24,000 bases of DNA, taken from the NCBI GenBank assembly GCA_964390355.1, contig CAYMHS010000001.1:412163-436162 (forward strand), in the 5' to 3' direction. The translations under genes and the position numbers were made by a program. Under the pieces are notes generated by a model that saw nothing but the letters and a program-made list of their open reading frames with translations, was not told the DNA's origin and did not search any database. The stretch comes from an uncultured Thermoproteaceae archaeon. Lineage in GTDB: Archaea; Thermoproteota; Thermoprotei; Thermoproteales; Thermocladiaceae. This document shows, piece after piece, positions 1-7,450 of this stretch; the stretch's first letter is position 1; every line of letters starts with the position of its first letter.

Positions 1-8
1 AGGAGTAG

Positions 9-740
9 TCAATGTACAGTACTAATATCTATAGACAACTTGTGAGATAATTCTTTAAGAATATCGATTTCAACCCCACAAACACATAATGAATGTATAC
101 ACGTAATGCCTTCTTTAGCATAATCTTCAATAAGTTTAGTGTAATTTCTAATTAATCTCTCTCTTGCAATGATGTACTTACGTCTAAGTAATGCTGGTAA
201 TACATGATCTAGTGCATCTTCAAGTAATACACCTAGATCTTTATCATATTCTCGTCTACTAAATTTCTCAAGCTCAGCACCTAATAATTTCTCAACTCTA
301 GAATTTACGGTAGCCTTGTGCCAAGTATTGCTTAAAATTATTATAGGTCTTTCAGTAGTGATCTTATCTAAATCATCACGATTAAGAAAGCCTAATCTAC
401 GCTCAACCCATCTAGTTACAATTATGGGTTCATCTTTTGAATAAAGATTCATTATACTTTTTAACTTCAACTTGAGTTCATCGATACTTTCTACTTTATC
501 TTTCAGAACGTCTAGGTCTGACATTATTTGTAGTTCTGAATGTTGATGAGAATCTACAAATCCAGGGATTATTATATAATCCGTAGATAATTCAATACTA
601 ATCTTCGCGTTATAAACATGTTCAGGCAATGATCTACCACTATATAGTATTCTATCTCTCTTAATTCCAATCATCCAGAAATCTTCGTCTATATCTACAA
701 AGTTCATCACAGAACCTCTAGTGACGAGATCAAGCTTCAC
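9..740 (-). CDS. Metal-dependent amidohydrolase family protein (amidohydrolase-3/YtcJ-like). Only the N-terminal half is present; the ORF stops after 243 aa.
   Basis: It has the 'PGFVDSHQHSE' HxH metal-ligand motif and 'ILSNTWHKATVNSRVEKLLG', which fits the family pattern (H-x-A-x-V-N-S). The start is GTG at 740. The ORF ends at TGA 9-11, where family members normally continue with the distal His/Asp ligands. Confidence 0.6.
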   Translation of the reverse strand: MKLDLVTRGSVMNFVDIDEDFWMIGIKRDRILYSGRSLPEHVYNAKISIELSTDYIIIPGFVDSHQHSELQIMSDLDVLKDKVESIDELKLKLKSIMNLYSKDEPIIVTRWVERRLGFLNRDDLDKITTERPIIILSNTWHKATVNSRVEKLLGAELEKFSRREYDKDLGVLLEDALDHVLPALLRRKYIIARERLIRNYTKLIEDYAKEGITCIHSLCVCGVEIDILKELSHKLSIDISTVH

Positions 741-784
741 ATAGAGCTATACTATTATATCTAAACTTAAACGTAATGCTATGT

Positions 785-832
785 TCAGTAGAGGCCGCTC
801 TAATCACTGATCATTTCCCGTAGTTTCATCAC
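785..832 (-). ncRNA. C/D box sRNA (2'-O-methylation guide), candidate 1
   Basis: Minus-strand read: GUGAUGA (C, 832-826), AACUACGGGAA (11 nt), AUGA (D', 814-811), UCA, GUGAUUA (C', 807-801), GAGCGGCCUCUA (12 nt), CUGA (D, 788-785). It is intergenic, and the guides are GC-richer than the flanks. A TATA-like TTTATCAA (867-860, minus) is centred about 26 nt upstream of position ~837, a few nt before the C box. Confidence 0.7.
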
Positions 833-924
833 TAATAAAGTATTTTTACTGTAAAGTTATTGATAAACCATACCTATGAAGTATTGAGAAAAGTTTCTAT
901 AACTATGCATTAACGTATAGTGAA

Positions 925-1908
925 GTGTTACTTCTAATAACTTTAGAACCATATGCAAAAATGGAAAGTATTAAGGAGATTTTGAGAAATTTCAATTATA
1001 AATATGATGTTATTTTTGAACTTAGCCGTAAAGGTAAGTACTTACTCAAAATTGAATCTGATGATTTAGACAATGTAATTAGTTGTTTAAGAAGTATTAA
1101 CGAAATTTCACATATAGTGATTATTGAAGACATTTTAGATACATTAAGTGTAGATGACTTGATTAATAGATGTAGAGCACTGCTTAGTAAGTTAACTTCA
1201 ACATACGGTTCAGGTACTTTCAAAGTTGTTGTTAAGAGAATGTTTAAAAAATATCCATTAACTAGTATTGAACTTGCAAGGATTATTGGTCAAGAATTAA
1301 GTAAATATGCTAATCCTGAACTCGAAAGACCAAAATTCATAATATATCTTGAAATTCATGAAAGTAGATGTTTAATAGGATACTCACTACAAGATATTTA
1401 TTTTAAGATAAGAAAGACAATACCTAAGAATTGGATCGATAGAATTATCGGTATTGTTGAATATCCAAGAACTGTATATGAAGTCATGGATCTTATACAA
1501 CTTAGTCATGCCTTAAACGTTGAGTTAAGAATAATAGTTAAGAGAGACCATATTATACGTAAAGCCTTTGAGAAATTAAATCTTGATGAAAGTAAAGTTA
1601 AGGTTAGAACTTATCAAGATTTAGAAAGCGCATTAAAGGGGATTGATTACCTAGTAGCCTTGACACAGTATGCTATATTTAATGAAGAAAAACTGATAGA
1701 GATTACTGAGGAAGTATACACTTCAGGTAAGGTTCTTGGTTTTATACTTGGTAATGAAATTGATGATGTAAGTTTAAAAGCTAGAAGAATGAGTAATATC
1801 GAAATAAGACTTGGACCTCAAACGGGACACCCCATGAGAACAAGTATAGCTCTCACATACGCTATAGCGATAGTTGTGGGTACTCTAGTTAGAAGAGCTA
1901 AAATGTAG
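925..1908 (+). CDS. THUMP domain fused to a SPOUT-class RNA methyltransferase domain (AF2226-like architecture)
   Basis: The central segment is THUMP-like ('FKVVVKRMFKKYPLTSIELARIIGQ...', 'FIIYLEIHESRCLIGYSL'). The C-terminus 'RLGPQTGHPMRTSIALTYAIAIV' resembles the aTrm56/SPOUT knot motif 'GNQPHSEVAALAVLL'. The start is GTG 925 (TATA-like 893-902 is correctly spaced) or ATG 961. Confidence 0.6.
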   Translation: MLLLITLEPYAKMESIKEILRNFNYKYDVIFELSRKGKYLLKIESDDLDNVISCLRSINEISHIVIIEDILDTLSVDDLINRCRALLSKLTSTYGSGTFKVVVKRMFKKYPLTSIELARIIGQELSKYANPELERPKFIIYLEIHESRCLIGYSLQDIYFKIRKTIPKNWIDRIIGIVEYPRTVYEVMDLIQLSHALNVELRIIVKRDHIIRKAFEKLNLDESKVKVRTYQDLESALKGIDYLVALTQYAIFNEEKLIEITEEVYTSGKVLGFILGNEIDDVSLKARRMSNIEIRLGPQTGHPMRTSIALTYAIAIVVGTLVRRAKM

Positions 1909-1958
1909 AAGTTGGAAGTAATCATTATAAGAGACCTGTATACGTATTGTTTACGTAA

Positions 1959-2513
1959 ATGCACTCACTAGCTATAATTCTAGTCTTTCTGGTGATAAGT
2001 AACTCATTACTCGTTATCAGTTGGTACCTCTCTAGGGATATAAATAGTTATAAACTTATACATTCATCACTAAGTAATATTGACAAGCATTTCTCAGGAA
2101 GAGTTATTCTGAAATTCTTAAAATACTTCATAATTCCTCCAAGGACATTACTTCCTGTAATGATAATAATCCAACCTATTCTTGAAGAGTATGTCTTCAG
2201 ATATGTCCCTGTAATTAAGCTTTTTGTACAATCATCTTACAACATTGTTACCATAATAGTCATTCTATTACTTGTGAATACTTTATGGACACTACTTCAC
2301 TATCCACAATATAGAAGGCTCTTAAAATTTAAACATTGGTTATGCATATTTCTTGCAGGTCTTGGATTTTTAGCTTCCTGTACCGGCATGGTACTTCTAC
2401 ATCTATGGTGTAATATTAGTGATTTCTATGCGTGGTTAGTACCAACTATACAGCATGTATGTTTTAATTGTTATGGATATTTTAGAGATAAGTTGAGACT
2501 CAGTAGATTATAG
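1959..2513 (+). CDS. CPBP family intramembrane glutamic endopeptidase (CAAX protease/Abi-like)
   Basis: It is a multi-TM hydrophobic protein with the CPBP motifs 'EEYVFRY' (EExxxR), 'LLHYPQ' and 'HLWCN'. Confidence 0.7.
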   Translation: MHSLAIILVFLVISNSLLVISWYLSRDINSYKLIHSSLSNIDKHFSGRVILKFLKYFIIPPRTLLPVMIIIQPILEEYVFRYVPVIKLFVQSSYNIVTIIVILLLVNTLWTLLHYPQYRRLLKFKHWLCIFLAGLGFLASCTGMVLLHLWCNISDFYAWLVPTIQHVCFNCYGYFRDKLRLSRL

Positions 2514-3312
2514 GTATATGTTCTTCCTTAGCAGGTTTTAAATATGCCTCTAGATTCTTCTCTATTAGGAATGAGTATTTACTTGCATGCTCTTTCAAGT
2601 TATCTAGAGGTATCTCCGCATTGATGAGTTTACTTATTGCTTTAACAAGCTTTATAGCTGCAGTTACATCTGGTCCAAATTGTCCAACAGTTTGGTTAAG
2701 TATGTACAGTATATCTTTATGTGTTGCTATCTTACCACTTTCTAATAATCTTCTAATAGCTGTAAGTACCTTAGATTCTGCAAGTATTAAGGCACCTACA
2801 ATGTTCTTGGAAAGTACGGCATCTAGAAATACAGCTTCAGCACCTGCAATTGTTGCTTCCTTAACAGGAATGAAACCTAAAGCTTTAAACTCTTCAACAT
2901 GATCTTCCTCAGTTACGAAAAAGACGTCCTCACTCTCTTTTTCACCAATTGCAGGTATGGCTGTTAGACATATAACTCTATTAATGCCATTCTCTTCAGC
3001 CCACTCAAGTATTCTACTGATAAAATCTCTATAAACGTCTGGAGGTATGGGTATGTGTTGTCTAATGGTTACTAATGCATACTCACGCTTGTAGAAGAGT
3101 CTATAGGGTAGTTTGGCAACACCATTAATTACTGTAATCATGGGTGCTAATTCTCTAATTCTAATAGAACCTAACTCTTCCATTTTTAAAGCATCGATAA
3201 CGTACTCAATAGCAACAACAGAGGCAAGACTTGGTTCTGGACATGCAACAATTAAGGTGTTTCTAGGATCTCTAGGTATTGATCTAAGTTTAACTTCTAG
3301 GGTAAACTCCAT
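2500..3312 (-). CDS. PAC2 (proteasome assembly chaperone-like) family protein
   Basis: It is 270 aa. The N-terminal 'LIVACPEPSLASVVAIEYVIDALKMEELGSI' and the overall layout resemble archaeal PAC2/COG2047 proteins. This rests on pattern recognition only. The 3' end overlaps the convergent CPBP gene by 14 nt. Confidence 0.45.
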   Translation of the reverse strand: MEFTLEVKLRSIPRDPRNTLIVACPEPSLASVVAIEYVIDALKMEELGSIRIRELAPMITVINGVAKLPYRLFYKREYALVTIRQHIPIPPDVYRDFISRILEWAEENGINRVICLTAIPAIGEKESEDVFFVTEEDHVEEFKALGFIPVKEATIAGAEAVFLDAVLSKNIVGALILAESKVLTAIRRLLESGKIATHKDILYILNQTVGQFGPDVTAAIKLVKAISKLINAEIPLDNLKEHASKYSFLIEKNLEAYLKPAKEEHIPIIY

Positions 3313-3399
3313 AGTACATACTTTAACTAGACTACTTTATAAATTAGCTACTCTTTCCTAAATTTGAAAAGTCATAAATAAGCTAAATGTTGGTGTAGT

Positions 3400-4200
3400 T
3401 TGATGAGCATAATAACTTTACTTACAGATTTTGGTATACGAGACTATTTTGTAGCTTCTATGAAGGGTGTAATACTTAGTATCAACTCAAGTGTTAAGAT
3501 TGTAGATATTACTCACGAAGTACCTAAGTACAATATTGCTAAAGCTGCATTTATACTATACTCATGCTATAAGTACTTTCCTAAAAATACTATACATGTA
3601 GTAGTTGTTGATCCTGGTGTTGGAACTGAAAGAAGGCCTATCATCATTAAATCGAAAAACTACTACTTTGTAGGTCCTGATAATGGTGTACTTACACTTG
3701 CAGCTGAAGATGATGGTATTGAGAAGGTTTATGAAATAAGTGTAGGTAGATATACCAGATCAGAGATATCATCAACTTTTCATGGTAGAGATATCTTCGC
3801 ACCAATAGCTGCATATTTAAGTCTTGGTATTAATGTTGATGAACTTGGTAGAGAGATTAATAATTATGTTAAATTACCAATAGTCAGGCCGAGGATAATT
3901 AATAACATTGTAGAGTGTTGTATCGTTTATATAGATTCCTTCGGAAATGCATATACAAGTTTAAAGTATGATGATTTAAAGAAGCTAAATTTCAAACCAT
4001 ACAGAGAACTTGAGATTACTCTTAAAGATAATGTAGAGTTGAGAATACCTTTCGTAAAGGCTTACAATGATGTTTCCGAAAATTCTCCACTAGCTTTGAT
4101 TAATAGTGAAGGTTATCTAGAACTTGCAGTAAATAAAGGTAATTTTGCAGAAATGTTTAATGTTAAAGAATTTGATAAAGTGCTAATTAAGCTTAAATAG
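3400..4200 (+). CDS. S-adenosyl-L-methionine hydroxide adenosyltransferase (DUF62 / SAM hydrolase family)
   Basis: Family motifs are present: 'LLTDFGIRDYFVASMKGVI', 'VVVDPGVGTERRPI', 'VGPDNGVL', 'STFHGRDIFAPIAAYL'. The likely start is ATG 3403, one codon after TTG 3400. A TATA-like ATAAATAA sits at about 3374-3381. Confidence 0.85.
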   Translation: MMSIITLLTDFGIRDYFVASMKGVILSINSSVKIVDITHEVPKYNIAKAAFILYSCYKYFPKNTIHVVVVDPGVGTERRPIIIKSKNYYFVGPDNGVLTLAAEDDGIEKVYEISVGRYTRSEISSTFHGRDIFAPIAAYLSLGINVDELGREINNYVKLPIVRPRIINNIVECCIVYIDSFGNAYTSLKYDDLKKLNFKPYRELEITLKDNVELRIPFVKAYNDVSENSPLALINSEGYLELAVNKGNFAEMFNVKEFDKVLIKLK

Positions 4201-4288
4201 TCTATATCATTCTTTAAAAATGCTTTGCATGTAATCAAACCACATAATCACTAGCAACACATATAAACTGCTTCAACACCCGTTAGGT

Positions 4289-4660
4289 ATGCCTATCAGA
4301 ATCGCCATCATTGCATGTAAAAGAGCTAGGGAACAAAATCTATGTCCTGGTGATGCTAAATGTCTCGTTGCATTGATGAGAAGAGAAGGCGAATTTGAGA
4401 GGTATAAAGGTAAGGACGTACAAATTGTTGGTATTATTGATTGTGGTGATTGTCCTGGAACTAGAGTACCAGCCTCATTATCCCTACTTAAGATGCATCT
4501 TGATTCCCTAAAAGAAACTGTCGATGTTATTCATATAGGAACTTGCGTAATGGCTTTATGCAAGTATAAGGATGATTTAATAAAGATTGTTAAAGAAAAG
4601 GCGGGCGTTGAAGTAGTTGAAGGTACTCACAAGTACGCTAAGCCTAAAATCTTTCCATAA
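4289..4660 (+). CDS. CGGC domain-containing protein
   Basis: It is 123 aa with 'IAIIACKRA...CPGDAKC' and 'IIDCGDCPGT', typical of the CGGC domain. A TATA-like ATATAAA lies about 25 nt upstream of the ATG. Confidence 0.6.
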   Translation: MPIRIAIIACKRAREQNLCPGDAKCLVALMRREGEFERYKGKDVQIVGIIDCGDCPGTRVPASLSLLKMHLDSLKETVDVIHIGTCVMALCKYKDDLIKIVKEKAGVEVVEGTHKYAKPKIFP

Positions 4661-4727
4661 ATTTAAAAACACAATCTTTACCTTTAAAAATTATCTTTTC
4701 TCTTCCTTACAGCAAGGTATTTGAGTA

Positions 4728-5978
4728 TCACTCTCCAAACTTCTCTTGTCTTCCTAAATAATTCGTTATTATTGGCATTAAGTCAAGCCCCTTAAGAACT
4801 CCCCAAAATCCTTCACTACAGGCCTTTTCACAGTATTTACTTACTTCGTCTCTAAATAAGTCAGGTCCCCACATCATTATTGGTACAGGATCACCTGTAT
4901 GGTCTTTAACTTTTACGGGTGTTGCATGATCACATGTGATTACTATGTACGTATTATCTGGTACTTTCTCAAGAACTCTTCTTAAAGCTGCATCTACTTG
5001 TTCAATAATCCTTATCTTACCCATAACATCTCCGTCATGACTTGCAGAGTCTGTTGGTTTAACATGAAGAACAACAATATCATAATTACTTAAAGCCTTA
5101 ACAGCTTCTTCAAAGGCCCTATTATAATCGTCCGTCTTTGCTCCTCGATAGCCTGGTACATCTATGACATCAAAGCCTAAAGCTTTGCCAATACCTTTAA
5201 TGACAGCAATTCCAGCAATCATAGAGCACCTAATGTTGTACACTTCATTTATTGGCTTAATTTTTGGTAAAATACCTGCACCTCTAAGAAGTATCATATT
5301 TATTAAGGGTTTTCCTTCTCTTCTTCTAGTAATGTTAATTTCAGATTGACTTAACTTTTCATACACAAGTTTTGTAAATTCTTGAAGTATTTTGCTTGTT
5401 CTTTTAGCTTCTTCAGAATCATCTAATGGTTTTCCATCAAGAACTCTCTTATTAATGGCGTGAGGATCAGTGTTACCTACTCTATATGATATTTTCTCAC
5501 CTCTAAGTATGAGTACACCTCTATGTTCTGTTGTGTGTTTATATATTAACTCCACGCCATACTTCTCATTTATTATCTTTCCAATATCCTCATTTATTAT
5601 CCTCTCAATCTCTCTAGCCTCTTCAGGATTTACATATCTACCTGCTCTTCTATCAATTACAATTAAGTCATTATTAACAGTTGCTACATTAGTTCTAAAA
5701 GCAATATCACCTGGTCTTAAATCTACACCAGCACCTAAAGCTTCAAAAGGTCCTCTACCTGTATAATATCTGTAAGGATCGTATCCAAAAAGCGCTAAAT
5801 GTGCAACATCACTTCCAGGCCTTACTCCAGGACTAATGGCATAGAGTAATCCACAAGATCCTTCACTGGTAAGTCTATCAATTGTTGGTTTTTGTGCGAC
5901 TTCAAGTGGGGTTTTTCTACCTAGCTCAAGTAATGGTCTATCAGCTGCGCCATCAAGTATAATGATTAATGCCTGCAT
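4728..5978 (-). CDS. apgM: 2,3-bisphosphoglycerate-independent phosphoglycerate mutase, archaeal type
   Basis: It is 416 aa with 'IIILDGAADRP', 'HVKPTDSASHDGD' and 'ITCDHATP', the metal/phosphoserine-site motifs of the archaeal iPGM (ApgM) family. Confidence 0.85.
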   Translation of the reverse strand: MQALIIILDGAADRPLLELGRKTPLEVAQKPTIDRLTSEGSCGLLYAISPGVRPGSDVAHLALFGYDPYRYYTGRGPFEALGAGVDLRPGDIAFRTNVATVNNDLIVIDRRAGRYVNPEEAREIERIINEDIGKIINEKYGVELIYKHTTEHRGVLILRGEKISYRVGNTDPHAINKRVLDGKPLDDSEEAKRTSKILQEFTKLVYEKLSQSEINITRRREGKPLINMILLRGAGILPKIKPINEVYNIRCSMIAGIAVIKGIGKALGFDVIDVPGYRGAKTDDYNRAFEEAVKALSNYDIVVLHVKPTDSASHDGDVMGKIRIIEQVDAALRRVLEKVPDNTYIVITCDHATPVKVKDHTGDPVPIMMWGPDLFRDEVSKYCEKACSEGFWGVLKGLDLMPIITNYLGRQEKFGE

Positions 5979-6132
5979 GATGAGAGAATTAGTACATAAT
6001 ATTTAAGTATTGTTTCCTCACTGACGTACTATAAACAACTTCCATTACCATTGCAAGAAGTATAGGTAAAATGTAACTATGCGGACTGTTCTTGGTGTGG
6101 TGGTAAGTTTATATCTTGAAGTATATTTGAAG

Positions 6133-7269
6133 TTATTTTGATAGTTTTAAAATACCTTTTCTAGCAATTAATATTGCTGATACTGTATGTTTATCTAGTC
6201 CAAATTTTCTCATAATTTCTTTATGTTCTTTACTTGATGATGTGCCTTTAGGACTTACGTAAGTTACTTGTAATGCATATAGTGGTGCTTTCCATGAAAT
6301 TCTCTCAATTATTGAATTTCTAAATATTGAAATTTTGTAATTATACTTTTCATGTTTTCTATCTTCTTTATTTCTAATCCAGAAGTATTTTAGATAACCA
6401 ATTATTTTAGGATTTTCAAGTACAATAGTTGAAACACCGTGATGATAAGCATATCTTAAACATTCATGTATTGCTTGACCAATAACACTCCAAGCAGTTT
6501 TTCTAGGAAATCCTCTAGAAGTAACTTCACTAAACCGAAAAGTCTTCTTATCAAGCAATTTCTCATCCTCATTAATTATTACAAGATTTATTCTATCAAC
6601 ATTAACGTCTATTCCTGCAATATTGTTTCCCAATGATTTATCAAATCTCTTCATAACTTGAACATAGAAATTATATGGAATCATTAATTGAACTTCACCA
6701 TAGAGATGAAAATTACAATCACAACCCATACCATAATCGTTAATGTAAATCCTGGCAGGATAACCAATTTCACCACTAAATGCTTTATTGATAAGTTCAT
6801 TAATTATTTTCTTATAGTATTTTGATACTTTAACATTAAGTTCTATTCCATAACTTCTCAAATGGTAATCATATACTAAGACTTCAACAGTATTCAAGTT
6901 TATGAAATGTACGTTTAAATTACCTTTCTTACTTTTCTCTTTGTCTGCCTTTGATTGAAATAATAACCAATTACTAAGTTCAACATCTTGAGTATTTACA
7001 CCTAAAGCAGGTATTGACTTAGGTGTTGAATGTATAAGTTTTCCAATACCTTCACAGTATCTACGATTTGGAAGAATTGAGTAACATTTTTCAACTGAAA
7101 GACTTAGAAAATCGTATTGAGAATATTTACATATCTTCTCATCCTGTTTAACAAGTTTTAATAATCTATGTGCACAAACCTTCGATAACTAAGCAGTTAA
7201 AAGAATAAGAAACGCACTTCTATCAACAACATGAAAAGGTAATCTAACAGTTATGTAGTCTAACTCCAT
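6133..7269 (-). pseudogene. TnpB / IS605-OrfB-like RuvC nuclease gene of 378 sense codons, interrupted by one in-frame TAG (7189-7191). It lacks a zinc ribbon.
   Basis: My own translation from ATG 7269 stays in frame with track ORF 6133-6897, whose 'M' is really a TTG Leu codon. There is a single stop at codon 27. RuvC-like motifs are 'IAGIDVNVDRINL' (D), 'STIVLENPK' (E), 'VTYVSPKGTSSS' and 'GLDKHTVSAILIARKG' (D). Only 11 aa lie where the CxxC...CxxC ribbon normally sits. A TATA at 7291-7302 is correctly spaced for a leaderless transcript. Confidence 0.7.
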
Positions 7270-7290
7270 TAGGACGATATGTACCGAAGG

Positions 7291-7302
7291 TTTTATATAA
7301 AA
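7291..7302. promoter_or_regulatory. Perfectly palindromic TATA element TTTTATATAAAA, a putative bidirectional promoter
   Basis: The sequence equals its own reverse complement. The core is centred about 26 nt from ATG 7269 on the minus strand and about 26 nt from the start of the GC-rich island (~7322-7325) on the plus strand. Confidence 0.55.
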
Positions 7303-7324
7303 ACTTTCTTTCTAAACTGAACTA

Positions 7325-7440
7325 GTGACCCGTTGGCGCGTGAGGGGGTTTGACCCCTCCAGTAGCCCACCAACGGGAAACCGCAATGAACCCGAGTGAG
7401 TTCTGCTAGTTTCTGAGGGTAGAAGTTACTCACTCGGAGA
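7325..7440 (+). ncRNA. Unclassified structured GC-rich RNA candidate with two hairpins; strand tentative
   Basis: It is the only strongly GC-rich block in an AT-rich window. Hairpin 1 has an 8-bp outer stem (7329-7336 / 7370-7377), an internal loop (CGCGU / CAGUAGCCCA) and a 6-bp inner stem (7342-7347 / 7354-7359) with loop GUUUGA. Hairpin 2 has a 10-bp perfect stem (7392-7401 / 7428-7437) and a 5-bp extension (7402-7406 / 7419-7423) containing a G7405-U7420 wobble that pairs only on the plus strand. A TATA is correctly spaced upstream on the plus strand. Confidence 0.5.
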
Positions 7441-7450
7441 GCACTAAGTA

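Noticed and set aside
4201-4288. GTGATTA (minus strand) in the SAM-hydrolase/CGGC intergenic region as a C box.
   Set aside because: No D or D' CUGA lies at the required 12-nt or ~45-nt spacing, and the sequence is AT-rich with no guide-like segment.
5977-6024. Possible third C/D box sRNA on the plus strand: AUGAUGA, 12 nt, AUAA, UAU, UUAAGUA, 11 nt, CUGA. It has the same 7-12-4-3-7-11-4 geometry as the two accepted sRNAs.
   Set aside because: The internal D'/C' boxes are essentially unrecognisable and the guides are AT-rich like the background. The C box overlaps the apgM start codon and its TATA region on the other strand. ATGATGA and CTGA are easy to find by chance in this composition. 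It is worth a glance in small-RNA-seq data but is not supportable from sequence.
7189-7191. In-frame TAG in the TnpB-like ORF interpreted as pyrrolysine or programmed readthrough. This was prompted by the corrinoid/MtrH-like gene elsewhere in the window.
   Set aside because: No pyl genes, PYLIS-like context or methylamine methyltransferases are visible. TAG is used as an ordinary stop by other genes here, for example rpl35ae and AMMECR1. A simple nonsense mutation is far more parsimonious.
7316-7381. Hammerhead-ribozyme-like arrangement: CUGA/CUAGUGA preceding the 8-bp stem and G-AAA following it.
   Set aside because: The 5' core reads CUAGUGA(C), not CUGANGA. The G12/A9 positions cannot both be satisfied with either a 7- or 8-bp stem II. 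No stem III/stem I pairing or cleavage-site context could be drawn.
7325-7440. The GC island interpreted as a tRNA (or tRNA fragment/att site), 5S rRNA, or canonical H/ACA sRNA.
   Set aside because: tRNA: the only T-arm-like hairpin has a 6- or 8-nt loop (GUUUGA / UCAAAC) lacking the U54-Psi55-C56 pattern, and no matching acceptor strand lies at tRNA distance. 5S: the 5' and 3' ends do not pair to form helix I. H/ACA: hairpin 1 has a pocket-like loop followed by AAA and hairpin 2 is followed by AGA, but neither has a K-turn or K-loop, and hairpin 2 has no pocket.
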